From an uncultured Bacteroidales bacterium (GTDB taxonomy: Bacteria; Bacteroidota; Bacteroidia; Bacteroidales; UBA10428): a stretch of DNA of 64,000 nucleotides. This document shows, piece by piece, positions 30,174 to 40,410 of the stretch. The stretch's first letter is position 1. Every line of letters begins with the position of its first letter. A model generated the notes under the pieces. That model saw nothing but the letters and a program-made list of their open reading frames with translations. It was not told where the DNA came from and did no database searches. The stretch is from contig CAYORG010000005.1 of NCBI GenBank assembly GCA_964406315.1, positions 20,802 to 84,801 on the forward strand, in the 5' to 3' direction. Made by a program: the position numbers and the translations under genes.

Positions 30174-32000
30174 TTATCTGTCTAGGAGGTCATCATAAAG
30201 CAACTGATAAAATGCTTTGGCTTCCATTAGTTTTTCTGTTTGTAATTTCCCTTTTCGTACAATAGGTTGATCTGGTTGCCGGTTGTATATGAATTCCAGG
30301 GAATCGGATACAAAACCAAAGCCGTTGTTGATCGTGTAAACTACTTGCATCGGTGGATTTACAGAAAAAATATTTTTACCAAACAAATAGTTATCCGAAT
30401 TTATTTTGAGCTGAGAAAGAAGCGTTTTGGCCAGATCTGTCTGACTGCTAATAACAGATACCAATGTGTCTTTGGTGCATAAGACATCTCCATACCAGAT
30501 CATCGGGATATGATATTTTTGTGCCGAGTTGAAGTCTAAATTTCCAGGCCAGACACTACCGTGATCCGAGATGATGATAACAAGGGTATTTCCAAGATGT
30601 TTTCCATATTCCAGATCATGAATAAATTTACCAAGGAAATGATCGGTGTAGTAAACAGAATTACAGAACTTTATTTCTTCACTTTCCCCTTCCAAATAAG
30701 GTTCCATAGGTATATCGAAGGGGGGGTGACTGCTTAAGGTGAACAAAGAAAGAAGATAGGGTTTCTTAAGTGAACTTATATCCTTCAGTGCTTTAGTGAA
30801 TAAATGCTCGTCAGGAACTCCCCATTTGGAGATATTCTTTGATCCCGGAAAGTCATTTTTTGAAACAAAGGTTTCGAAACCTGCATTCATTAAGTAGGAT
30901 TTATAATTGGCAAAATTGATATCTCCTCCATAATAAAAATACGTGCTATACCCATATTTTTTTAGTGTTTTTGGAAGACCGGGAAGATTTTGAGTTTTGT
31001 TTGGAAATTTGATAATAGAGGTTGTAGGTTGAGACGGATACCCGCTGAAAATGGCCAGCATCCCCTTATCTGTTCTGTCTCCACTGGCATAGACTCTTGA
31101 AAACAGAATACCTTCTTTTGCAAGCAAATCCAGGCTGGGCGTAACCTGAATTTGTCCGTCCAGACAGCCTGTTGCATTAGCTGAAAAACTTTCTAGAACA
31201 ATAAGAATAATATTGGGTTTCCCTTTTTTGATGATCTGCGGGTATGAATTTTCGCTATTAGTAAATGATGAAGCTAATTTTTCAGCATCGTCTACAGGAA
31301 AAAACTGATAAGGATTATCAGAGATTTCAAAATTCGTCAATGAAAACCCAATATTCCAGGGAAGGTTAATCGCTGCATGGTTTGCAAAAGTATTATCACT
31401 GAAATATGCCGAACTGATATTGATTACAGATACTCCCAATCCTCCACGAATGGGAAGAAACAGGAATACAAGAAATAAAAATATTGAGATAAACGACCGA
31501 AGGGATTTTTTTCCTTCAAAAGATTTAGCAGCAAAAGTGATTTGAAAAAGATATACAAAGGCAGCGACCATTGCTGCAGCAATTAATAAATGGCTCAGAA
31601 TGAATAAGAGAGAAACCGATGCAAATGCTTCTTTTGGCTTTGTGATATACAGAAGTGGTGTTGCGTCCATCCTATATCCCCATTCACGATAAAGTGCCAG
31701 ATCAACAACAGCCAGAAAGGAAATAACAACAAGTATCAACCAGGTGTAAATCTTAATGATTCGGTGTGATTGAAGTGGCTGATAAAAATGAAAAATCAAA
31801 ACAGTGAGCAATGGAATCAGCATTATATAAGCCGAGGCAGATAAATCCAGTTTGAAACCATGCAGAAAAATTTTTCCCCACAGATCCGGAATTTCCAATG
31901 ATTTTTCATGATAATAAATAAGGAAAATAATTTTCAGGATGATAAAAAAAAATAGCCAGTACAGATAATATTTTAAGAGATATTTAATTTGTGAGAACAT
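30174..32000 (-). CDS. LTA-synthase-family / sulfatase-superfamily membrane phosphotransferase
   Basis: 608 aa. About five N-terminal TM helices, then an alkaline-phosphatase-superfamily domain (IILIVLESFSAN, SGDRTDKG, IIISDHGS). Confidence 0.75.
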   Translation of the reverse strand: MFSQIKYLLKYYLYWLFFFIILKIIFLIYYHEKSLEIPDLWGKIFLHGFKLDLSASAYIMLIPLLTVLIFHFYQPLQSHRIIKIYTWLILVVISFLAVVDLALYREWGYRMDATPLLYITKPKEAFASVSLLFILSHLLIAAAMVAAFVYLFQITFAAKSFEGKKSLRSFISIFLFLVFLFLPIRGGLGVSVINISSAYFSDNTFANHAAINLPWNIGFSLTNFEISDNPYQFFPVDDAEKLASSFTNSENSYPQIIKKGKPNIILIVLESFSANATGCLDGQIQVTPSLDLLAKEGILFSRVYASGDRTDKGMLAIFSGYPSQPTTSIIKFPNKTQNLPGLPKTLKKYGYSTYFYYGGDINFANYKSYLMNAGFETFVSKNDFPGSKNISKWGVPDEHLFTKALKDISSLKKPYLLSLFTLSSHPPFDIPMEPYLEGESEEIKFCNSVYYTDHFLGKFIHDLEYGKHLGNTLVIIISDHGSVWPGNLDFNSAQKYHIPMIWYGDVLCTKDTLVSVISSQTDLAKTLLSQLKINSDNYLFGKNIFSVNPPMQVVYTINNGFGFVSDSLEFIYNRQPDQPIVRKGKLQTEKLMEAKAFYQLLYDDLLDR

Positions 32001-32147
32001 GAATTATACGATTAATTTGCTTCTGGTATAGCTTCGATAGCAACAGGGATTTTCTTTTTTTTATTGATATAATTTTTAGTGTACTAAGTTGTATAAATAA
32101 TTTTCATTTGCCTAAATTAGTATTAAATCTTTTTATTCGCATTCATT

Positions 32148-32693
32148 ATGAAAAAACATACAAAATTATATAAACATTGGTATCTGCTTACTCTTAGAGG
32201 TCTTTTGATTATCACTATGGGAGTATTTGCATTACTCCTGCCTTCCTACGAAAGTAAAATCAGATTTATCAAAATTTTTGAACTTTTTGCCATTGCAAGT
32301 GGCCTTTTAATGATACAGTCGGCCATTTTTAACAGACATCATTTGAATTGGCAATGGATGCTTGTTGGAGGTTTAATTGATTTTTCATTTGGTATCATGT
32401 TATGGTTAGTACCTGAAATATCATCTAAGTCGGTTGTCCTTGTTTTGGCTGTCTGGTTTTTGTATACCGGAGTATTACAGGCAGTAGAATCCATTGTATT
32501 AATACACGAAAGTATTATAAACTGGTGGTTTGAACTTATTTCCGGCATTTTATCCTTTGTAATGGCATTTCTTCTGATTGCATTAAGGATGCATGAAAAA
32601 AGAGAAGTATTTTTCATTCTGGGCATAATGGCTTGTATGTATGGCCTGTTTATTCTAATCTCATCTCTTATTCTGTTTGAGCCTGAGGACTAA
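32148..32693 (+). CDS. HdeD/DUF308-like small membrane protein
   Basis: 181 aa with six predicted TM helices in the repeating pattern typical of DUF308. Weak, composition-level assignment. Confidence 0.5.
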   Translation: MKKHTKLYKHWYLLTLRGLLIITMGVFALLLPSYESKIRFIKIFELFAIASGLLMIQSAIFNRHHLNWQWMLVGGLIDFSFGIMLWLVPEISSKSVVLVLAVWFLYTGVLQAVESIVLIHESIINWWFELISGILSFVMAFLLIALRMHEKREVFFILGIMACMYGLFILISSLILFEPED

Positions 32694-32843
32694 TCCTGGA
32701 GTAGATATATATCATTCTTTTAATCTGTGAATTCACTATACAAATGATGAATTGATAATAGTTGGATCACGATATAAACATACTTTTACCGGAACTACCT
32801 TATCCGTAAAGGAGGTCTGATTTTCAAAACCAGGATTGTCTTC

Positions 32844-32889
32844 ACCGGATTTTCAGTTTATTTACTCTGAATTTTCCGGTTTTTTTTTA
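32844..32889 (+). terminator. Candidate rho-independent terminator
   Basis: Interrupted stem accgga..ttcag / ctgaa....tccggt (11 bp in total) followed by T9 (32881-32889). It lies about 150 nt after the stop at 32693. Confidence 0.4.
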
Positions 32890-32908
32890 TATCAGGTATT
32901 GAATTTCA

Positions 32909-33199
32909 GTGGATACATTCAATACCACAAAAGAGGGATTGATTGTTATTGCTGAAGATTCTGTAATTGTATTTTATTCAGAGTATAAAATGAAAAATCT
33001 TAACCTTTATCGTTTATCGAAACAAGAAGTTGTCGAATTTTTCAGGGAATTGGTGCCTGAGTACAATAGCAATAATGACAACTGTAAATCTTTGAAAAAA
33101 ACGAGGCGCATTGAGGCTGAAAAATTGCTTGAAACAAGTTTAAACATTAATCTGGCAAAAAAATTGAAACCTTATATTAAAAATAATATACCAAAATAA
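32909..33199 (+). CDS. Hypothetical small protein (uncertain)
   Basis: 96-codon ORF starting with GTG, with an internal ATG at 32990. No recognisable motif. Retained only because the locus is otherwise empty. Confidence 0.25.
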   Translation: MDTFNTTKEGLIVIAEDSVIVFYSEYKMKNLNLYRLSKQEVVEFFRELVPEYNSNNDNCKSLKKTRRIEAEKLLETSLNINLAKKLKPYIKNNIPK

Positions 33200-33433
33200 A
33201 TTGTGCAGTTTTTAATTAATCTATGTTTTAATAAATAACATTATACATTGCTGCCTGTCATAAATAGCTCGCAAATATCAATTTATTTATATGTAAAAAA
33301 TGCTGCTTGAACCGAGGCGGCAATTCCAATTAACGTGTATAATTAATATACCATTCTTCCTCAGTCTTCTCTTCATCCTAAGTAAGATCTCTAGGCCTTA
33401 TTTTCGGTTTTTAGCCGATTTCACCACGACTTC

Positions 33434-34030
33434 CTATGATTTATCTCCTTCTTTTTTTACTTCGGTAAGATTTTTCTTTTCGTCACTTTTGGTTTTAGCT
33501 TTTGGCTTGGTTACAGGCTTTTTTGGTTGTTTTTTATCTTTGACTTTTTTTTCTGCCTTTTTTGCTTTTTCGGACTCTTCTTCTTTTTTTCCGGGCTTTT
33601 CTTCGGATTTATCAGATGCTTTTATTTTTTCTGTGCCGGGTTCTTTTTTTACTATTTCCTTTTCTTCTGCCGGTCTGACTTTTTTTGTATCAGGTTGCTT
33701 ATCTGTTTCTTTCCCTGTTTTTTCTTCTTTCTGCTTTTCACCTACAGGTTTTTCTTCCTGGTTTTTTTCCTGCACTTCTTCCTGCGCTTTCTTTACCTCT
33801 TGTTGCTCCTGTGTTTGCACTTCGTTTACTTCCTCCTGTGCTATAGATTTTTCAATTACAACTTCCTCTTTCTTAGGTGCGGTTTTCCTTGGAGTAACTT
33901 TTTTCCGAGATACTTTATTTGAAGAAATTAATGTTGACTTTTTTGTTTTTGCCTTTTTCCTTCTTCTTCTGACTCCGTAAGAACCATTAATGATTTTACC
34001 TCTTTTTGTTTTTTTATCGCCTTTACCCAT
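33434..34030 (-). CDS. bTHX-like ribosomal protein N-terminus with long K/E-rich low-complexity C-terminal extension
   Basis: The N-terminus MGKGDKKTKRGKIINGSYGVRRRRKK closely parallels Thermus Thx ([20 protein letters not shown]...). The remaining ~170 aa are Lys/Glu/Pro/Thr/Gln-rich with no stop codon. Confidence 0.7.
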   Translation of the reverse strand: MGKGDKKTKRGKIINGSYGVRRRRKKAKTKKSTLISSNKVSRKKVTPRKTAPKKEEVVIEKSIAQEEVNEVQTQEQQEVKKAQEEVQEKNQEEKPVGEKQKEEKTGKETDKQPDTKKVRPAEEKEIVKKEPGTEKIKASDKSEEKPGKKEEESEKAKKAEKKVKDKKQPKKPVTKPKAKTKSDEKKNLTEVKKEGDKS

Positions 34031-34197
34031 TTGTTAACTATTTTGTATTTCAGGTGGCCAAATGTAATACAATTTTTCTTTTGAAGAAAACTTAATTCAT
34101 AAGTGGTACATTTACAGTAATTTATAAACTTACTATTAAAAATCATTACGATTTAGTATATTTAAATAATTCATAACCTTTGAAAATAATTGGATTT

Positions 34198-35307
34198 ATG
34201 GACAGAAGAGATTTTATCAAAACAACAGGTACATTAAGTTCTGGTTTAGTTGCCGGTTTTTCTTTCATCTCTTGTAATCAGCCTGTTAATACTATGGCAA
34301 AATATTCAAAATACCGGGGATTTAATCTTCTTGCCAAATTCAGTGGTATGGGTCCCAGAAAACGATTTCAGGAAGAAGATTTTGAGATTATGGCTGAGTT
34401 GGGATTTGATTTTGCCCGGATACCAATGTCCTATTGGAATTGGGCAAGAGTTGATGACTGGTATGCAATCGATGAAGAAATATTCAAAGACATTGATGAG
34501 GTTGTTGAGTTCGGTAAGCAGTACAAAATACACATTAATTTGAATATGCACAGAGTCCCCGGGTACTGTATTAACAGGGGCGATTTGGAACCATTTGATT
34601 TATTTCATGATAGTGAGGCAAATATGCAAAAAGCTCTGGATGCAGTTGTTCACCATTGGAAGCTTTTTGCCGAAAGATACAAAGGGATATCAAGCGAACG
34701 GTTAAGTTTTGATCTGATCAATGAACCCCCTCATCTGAAAGAGGAAACCCGCTATATTGAAGTGGTTAAAGCACTGGTTGAGGGGATTCGCGAAAAAGAT
34801 CCTGAAAGATTAATTGTTGCTGATGGCAAAGATGTGGGAAGAACCCCTGTGTATGGTATTGTTAATTTGAATGTTGTACAAAGTACAAGGGGATATGATC
34901 CGATGAGTGTAAGTCATTATACTGCCAAATGGGTACCGGAGGATACATTTCAAACATTTAATGTTCCTACGTGGCCTCTTAAAGGTAACGATGGGAAAAT
35001 ATACGATAAAAAATATCTTAAAGAAAACCTGATAAACAGATGGCAACCTTTAGTAGATAAAGGAGTACAGGTTCATGTCGGGGAATGGGGTTGTTATAAT
35101 AAGACACCTCATCATGTTGCCTTGGCATGGATGGAAGATCTGCTTTCCCTTTGGAAAGAAGCAGGGTGGGGGCATGCTTTGTGGAATCTTAAAGGAGATT
35201 TTGGCATAATGAACAGCAATCGTCCGGATGTAAAATATGAAAGTTACAAAGGACATAAGCTGGACAGAAAGATGCTCGAGTTACTGAAAAAATATATGAC
35301 TGACTGA
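34198..35307 (+). CDS. GH5 glycoside hydrolase with twin-arginine (Tat) signal
   Basis: MDRRDFIKTTGTLSSGLVAGFSF is Tat-like. FDFARIPMSYW, the acid/base block DLINEPPH and the nucleophile block HVGEWGCY. I placed the start at ATG 34198 instead of the TTG at 34180. Confidence 0.8.
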   Translation: MDRRDFIKTTGTLSSGLVAGFSFISCNQPVNTMAKYSKYRGFNLLAKFSGMGPRKRFQEEDFEIMAELGFDFARIPMSYWNWARVDDWYAIDEEIFKDIDEVVEFGKQYKIHINLNMHRVPGYCINRGDLEPFDLFHDSEANMQKALDAVVHHWKLFAERYKGISSERLSFDLINEPPHLKEETRYIEVVKALVEGIREKDPERLIVADGKDVGRTPVYGIVNLNVVQSTRGYDPMSVSHYTAKWVPEDTFQTFNVPTWPLKGNDGKIYDKKYLKENLINRWQPLVDKGVQVHVGEWGCYNKTPHHVALAWMEDLLSLWKEAGWGHALWNLKGDFGIMNSNRPDVKYESYKGHKLDRKMLELLKKYMTD

Positions 35308-35376
35308 TAAGTCAACAAAAACACTGTTCAGCTTGCATTCAGATATACGATAACAAACAATAGCAAGAAGAACAGT

Positions 35377-38145
35377 TTACAGGTATTTTTGGATGATATT
35401 CAGTAAAGTATCTTTGCTGATAGGTTTTGCAATATAGTCATCGCAGCCGGCATTCATTGATTTTTGCCTATCAAGCGGAGATACATAAGCAGTTTGGGCT
35501 ATTACCGGCAATTGAGGTTTTAGTTCTTTGATTTTTTTCGTTGCATCATAACCATTCATAAGAGGCATTTTAATATCCATCAATACAAGATCAATATTCA
35601 TGTTTTGTCTGACGATATCAACAGCCTGTTCTCCATTACTGGCAACAAGAGTTTGTATACCCAATTGTTTCATTACTTCTTTTACAAGGAATAAACTGGT
35701 TTGATCATCCTCGACAATTAATACCGTATTTCCTTTTAGTGATCCGGATCCGGGGGATTCATCCTTTTCTTTTGTTTCACCTTCTTCTATTGCTCTGATA
35801 TAGGGCAAAGTAAAATAGAAAGTCGAGCCTTTTCCGGTTTCTGAATTGGCCCATATTTTTCCTTTCAATATTTCAACAAAGGATTTTGAGATCGACAATC
35901 CCAGTCCCGCACCTTCGTATGGTCTGGTATCAGATAAATCGGCTTGTCTGAAACGTTCAAATATCTTGGTAAGCATATTCGGACTGATCCCGATCCCGGT
36001 ATCTTTAACATAGAATTCCAGGTATTTCTTTTTGATTGAGTAACCAAAGTTTATCTGGCCTTCCTCTGTATATTTTACGGAATTTTTAATCAGATTGGAC
36101 AGTATTTGTGTCAATTTTGTTTTATCTGTAATAATTGTTATCTCCTTATCCGATAAATTCCGGTCGAATGCTAAGTTTAATTTTTTGCTATTTGTTTCAG
36201 GGAGAAAGAATGTATACAGGTTGTTAAGCAATTCATTTAAATTTGTTTCTTCCAGTCTGATTTCCATTTGCCCGGCTTCGATCTTTGAAATTTCAATCAG
36301 ATCGTTAATGATATTGACCATACGATCACCACTTTGTTGGATAACATCAATGAACTTCTGTTGTTCAGATTTTGTAAGTTCAGGATTTCTCAACAATTCA
36401 GAAAATCCGATAATGCCATTCATGGGAGTTCGGATTTCATGGCTCATATTCGCAAGGAAAGCAGTTTTTAAACGATCGCTTTCTTCGGCTTTCTCTTTTG
36501 CTTCTTCCAGTTCAGTATTGATCTTGTTTATTCTTTCAAGACTTTCAATCAGTTCCGCGTTTTGCAGCATATAATCTTCACTCAGTGATTGGTAATCTTT
36601 CATTTGGTTTTGCAACATCTTCTCCGTTTTCTTCTTGTCCGTTATATCCTGTATCATTGCCAGGTAGTAAAGTACGTTGCCTTTTTCATTGAGAATAACA
36701 GTGGATATCAGGCTGCCCCAGAGTACCTGTCCGTTCTTTCTGATATATTCTTTTTCAACCTTGATCTGCTTTATTTTTCCCTGCGATAATGCGATGACTT
36801 TTTTTCTGTCATCATTTACTCTGTCGGGATGTGTAATATCTGCAAACGTTTTTGTTCTCAATTCATTCAGCGTATAACCTATCATCTTGCAAAATGCAGG
36901 ATTAGCATCTATAAATTTAAAATCAGGACCGGCAATGGTGATCCCAAATTGTCCTTCTTCAAAGATCCTTCTGAATCGCTCTTCGCTTTCGCGCAATGCT
37001 TCTTCTGATTTTTTACGTGTTGTAATGTCTCTTACAACAGACAGAATATATTGTTTATCCTTGATTTTGATGAGATCTGAGCTGATTTCAACCGGAAAAT
37101 GTTCTCCGGATCTTTTAATGTTTTCTGTTTCAATTACTAAATTTTTACCTTGTTGTAATATTTTATTTTGTTCAGGAAAATTGTTTTTTTTGATGTCATC
37201 TGCCTCAGTAATGTTTTCTATGGTAAGTTTCAGAAAATCTTCTCTGGAATAACCATAACGTTCACAGGCAATATCATTGACTTCAGTGAACTTTTCAATT
37301 TTTCTTTCATTATATGGATACAGGAATATAGCATCATTCTGACTATTCAGCAGAGTACGGAATTTTTCTTCGTTTTCCTTCAGTTCTTTTTCATATTTTT
37401 TACGTTCCGTAATGTCCTTTGAGAATGAGAATGAGATAGTTCGGTTTCCGAACTTAAAAAAATTAATGACTACCTCAGCGGGAAATATACTGCCGTCTTT
37501 TCTTTTTTGTGTTGTTTCTATGATTGTATTGACTTGTTTTCGTGTATGTTCTCGATGTACTTTCCATTTTTCCGTATCAAGATTTGGATCGATATCCCAT
37601 ATTTTGAGCTTGGTAATTTCGTTGTGAGTATATCCAAGATTCTTACATGCCTGATGGTTAGCATAATAAATATTTCCATTGTCGTCCACCTGTGTTATGG
37701 CAATCAGAGAATGATTGATCCCAAAATGAGTTAGTTTTAACTGTTCTTCATGATTTATTCTTGTTGTTATATCCCGAATTGTTGAAAATACCCTGAAAGG
37801 TTTTTGGCTTCCTTTTTTAAACTCAGGTACTGAACATATATTGATCCATTTGTATTGCTTTTGTTTGCTGATGTAAACTTGTATTTCAACATTACTGACT
37901 TTTTTGCCCGTGGTTAATGCTAACAATGCAGGTTGTTCATTCACAGGAAGTATTGTACCGTCTTTTTTCCGGGCTTTAAATTCAGTGGATAAAAAATGAA
38001 TACCAATGAGTTCCTTTTTTACAGATCCAAGGATTTTTTGAGCAGCATGATTTACTTCAATGATATTTCCTTTGTCATCCTGGTATACAACACCCATATC
38101 CATTGTATCAAAAAGATCTTTGTATTTACTGTAATCTTCTTTCAT
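35377..38145 (-). CDS. Hybrid sensor histidine kinase (about 4 PAS domains, HisKA, HATPase_c, receiver)
   Basis: 922 aa, cytoplasmic with no TM helix. H-box FLANMSHEIRTPMNGIIG. N/G boxes (LIKNSVKYT, DTGIGI, GAGLGLSIS). Receiver TVLIVEDD...DLVLMDIKMPLMNG...AQTA. No DNA-binding domain. Confidence 0.9.
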   Translation of the reverse strand: MKEDYSKYKDLFDTMDMGVVYQDDKGNIIEVNHAAQKILGSVKKELIGIHFLSTEFKARKKDGTILPVNEQPALLALTTGKKVSNVEIQVYISKQKQYKWINICSVPEFKKGSQKPFRVFSTIRDITTRINHEEQLKLTHFGINHSLIAITQVDDNGNIYYANHQACKNLGYTHNEITKLKIWDIDPNLDTEKWKVHREHTRKQVNTIIETTQKRKDGSIFPAEVVINFFKFGNRTISFSFSKDITERKKYEKELKENEEKFRTLLNSQNDAIFLYPYNERKIEKFTEVNDIACERYGYSREDFLKLTIENITEADDIKKNNFPEQNKILQQGKNLVIETENIKRSGEHFPVEISSDLIKIKDKQYILSVVRDITTRKKSEEALRESEERFRRIFEEGQFGITIAGPDFKFIDANPAFCKMIGYTLNELRTKTFADITHPDRVNDDRKKVIALSQGKIKQIKVEKEYIRKNGQVLWGSLISTVILNEKGNVLYYLAMIQDITDKKKTEKMLQNQMKDYQSLSEDYMLQNAELIESLERINKINTELEEAKEKAEESDRLKTAFLANMSHEIRTPMNGIIGFSELLRNPELTKSEQQKFIDVIQQSGDRMVNIINDLIEISKIEAGQMEIRLEETNLNELLNNLYTFFLPETNSKKLNLAFDRNLSDKEITIITDKTKLTQILSNLIKNSVKYTEEGQINFGYSIKKKYLEFYVKDTGIGISPNMLTKIFERFRQADLSDTRPYEGAGLGLSISKSFVEILKGKIWANSETGKGSTFYFTLPYIRAIEEGETKEKDESPGSGSLKGNTVLIVEDDQTSLFLVKEVMKQLGIQTLVASNGEQAVDIVRQNMNIDLVLMDIKMPLMNGYDATKKIKELKPQLPVIAQTAYVSPLDRQKSMNAGCDDYIAKPISKDTLLNIIQKYL

Positions 38146-38280
38146 TCAGATATTTGACCTATTTTGAATAAAGCAATTGATGCGACAATATGAATTTACA
38201 AAATCTTTCTCATAATTCTACAGTAAGAAATAGAATTTAGTCAATGGTTTATAAAGTGTCTTTCTCAGATGAACCGATAA

Positions 38281-40398
38281 TCAGTTTTCATTAAAGTGAA
38301 TGTTTTCGAGTTTTTGAAGATTTGGAATTTCACTTGCTAATTTCAAAGATTCAAGGTACAAAGTATTCAGATCCCCAAGCTCGATTTCTGAATTTTCACG
38401 CAGGAAGACGGGGATTTTATAGATTGGCGTTTTGACTTCTAAATATTGTCCGCCATCATATAACCTATTGGTATTCCATGCATCTCTCCATTTGCATCCT
38501 GCCGGAAGATAAACGGATTGTTTTGCAATGCCTTTTTGCCAAATTGCTGATACCAGAATATCGGGGCCATATAAAAATGTCTGCCAGTCGTTCCAGCATT
38601 CTTTTTGTTCCGGAAATTCGAGAAATAATGGCCTTACTATAGGCATTCCTGTTTTATTGGCTTCTTTAGCAAGATTGTGTGAATAATCTGCCAGAGATGT
38701 ATGAATTTTTGCATACAGTCTCCATATAGCGATAAGGGTAGTATCATACCGGGGTTCAGTGTCCATATTCCATGGTGCCCTGTCCTCGGTTGGTCCGAAT
38801 TCCATAATAGGATTAAAGCAACCGAATGCCAGCCAACGGGCACAGATCTCCCGATCCAGATCTCCCTGCCAGTATCCGCCAATATCTGAACCCCAGATGG
38901 GAAATCCAAGAATCGAACTTCGTTGAACAGCTATAATAGCGGCACGCAAACCTTCAGGTGGTGATCCGATATCTCCCCCCCAGAATCCACTATACCGGGA
39001 GCTTCCCGTATACCCGGCCCGCGGAATCAACACAAAATCGTTACCATGTATTTTTTTACAACTTTCATGTACTGTTTTAACATATAGTACAGGATATTCA
39101 TTTCTTACTTCCCGCGATGTTCTGCCATCGTGAAGTACAATATCCCTGGTTTCAGGAACTGTTTCTTCAGATCGGTCAAGTTTAAATCCATCCACACCCT
39201 GTTTTAGCATTTTCTCAATACCATTGATCTGCCACCATTCGCATGCATCAGGATCTGTAAAATCGAGAAGTGCTGCATTTGAGGAATCCACATTATGGTG
39301 TGTGTTTTTCATAGGCAGTGAATATCCTTTTTGTTCTGCTATAGTTTTCATATCTCCTGTTACCCAGGGTGCTATCCACAATAGAAATTTCATATCTTTC
39401 GAATGGATCCATTCTATCATTTTTTCTGCTTCAGGAAATCGATCCGGATCCCATTCAAAATCGGCATAACCATGCGTACCAACGGCCCATGGCCTGTCTA
39501 CCCAATATACGCTGCATGGGATATCAAGGGCTTCCATCATTAAAATATCCTCAACGACCATACTATTGTACGGAGCACCTGCCGGTGTACTGTCGTAATA
39601 GGTATCAAGATTCGTATGATTGTCTCTCCACCTCCAGGGAAGAAATGCCCATTTGGGAGGCACGATGGTTGGTCCAACATGCAAGGAATGTGCTTTAACA
39701 ATTTCTGCAGGCGTATCAGATGTATAAATAACTCCGCTTATGGATGAACCTTCAAATTCAATACTCACCAGATCCGGATTTGATTTGCAAATATCATAGT
39801 GCCCCGGCCAGTAACCATTTATGAACAGAGCGTATCCCAGGGAGGAAAGATAGAAGGGACAGTATAAAGAAAGGGTAGGTTTAATAATCATATCTGCTTC
39901 CTGTCCTCGCAGATCCATAGCCTCGGAAATCCCTTTTTTCCAGGACTCTTTTTGATCTCCATCCACCACTCTCTCAAATAAACCTGTAAAATACTCTTTT
40001 TCTGATGCGGCGATGTTCATTCCCCATTTATATATCCCATCTGCAGGATTGGCCTCAAAACAAAACGTGCACTTTCCGTTGTTTTCCTGAAAACGGACAT
40101 ACACTGTTCTTTCTTCAATTTTCCATACCCCCTGGAAATTATCACTCCCGGAATTGATTTCAAGCGGTTCACCTTTTAACCAGCTTTTTCCCTCAGAAGT
40201 TTCAAAAAATATCGCACCTGTTTTATTTGTATTATCCACTGAAAACAGAACAGGTGTTTCACTATTTTCCGGCAATACGGTCAAAATTACATATCCGTCT
40301 TCCTCGTTTTGAGAAATTTTAACAAGTTCATCTTTCTGGTACCTGTTGAAAAGAAATGACGAACATAACATGATCAAAAAGAAAGCATAGTTTTTCAT
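38281..40398 (-). CDS. GH31 glycoside hydrolase (alpha-xylosidase/alpha-glucosidase-like)
   Basis: 705 aa with a signal peptide. The nucleophile region VDGFKLDRSEE resembles the YicI-type KTDFGE, and the acid/base region is SGFWGGDIGS. Confidence 0.8.
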   Translation of the reverse strand: MKNYAFFLIMLCSSFLFNRYQKDELVKISQNEEDGYVILTVLPENSETPVLFSVDNTNKTGAIFFETSEGKSWLKGEPLEINSGSDNFQGVWKIEERTVYVRFQENNGKCTFCFEANPADGIYKWGMNIAASEKEYFTGLFERVVDGDQKESWKKGISEAMDLRGQEADMIIKPTLSLYCPFYLSSLGYALFINGYWPGHYDICKSNPDLVSIEFEGSSISGVIYTSDTPAEIVKAHSLHVGPTIVPPKWAFLPWRWRDNHTNLDTYYDSTPAGAPYNSMVVEDILMMEALDIPCSVYWVDRPWAVGTHGYADFEWDPDRFPEAEKMIEWIHSKDMKFLLWIAPWVTGDMKTIAEQKGYSLPMKNTHHNVDSSNAALLDFTDPDACEWWQINGIEKMLKQGVDGFKLDRSEETVPETRDIVLHDGRTSREVRNEYPVLYVKTVHESCKKIHGNDFVLIPRAGYTGSSRYSGFWGGDIGSPPEGLRAAIIAVQRSSILGFPIWGSDIGGYWQGDLDREICARWLAFGCFNPIMEFGPTEDRAPWNMDTEPRYDTTLIAIWRLYAKIHTSLADYSHNLAKEANKTGMPIVRPLFLEFPEQKECWNDWQTFLYGPDILVSAIWQKGIAKQSVYLPAGCKWRDAWNTNRLYDGGQYLEVKTPIYKIPVFLRENSEIELGDLNTLYLESLKLASEIPNLQKLENIHFNEN

Positions 40399-40410
40399 AA
40401 CAATCCAGAT

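Noticed and set aside
33300-33980. Long plus-strand ORFs (226 aa and 131 aa, Phe/Ser/Leu/Cys-rich) antisense to the bTHX-like gene
   Set aside because: They are the mirror image of a purine-rich K/E-coding strand. AAG, GAA and AAA codons read as CTT, TTC and TTT on the opposite strand, giving stop-free low-complexity frames. The minus-strand frame has a specific bTHX N-terminal match; the plus-strand frames have none.
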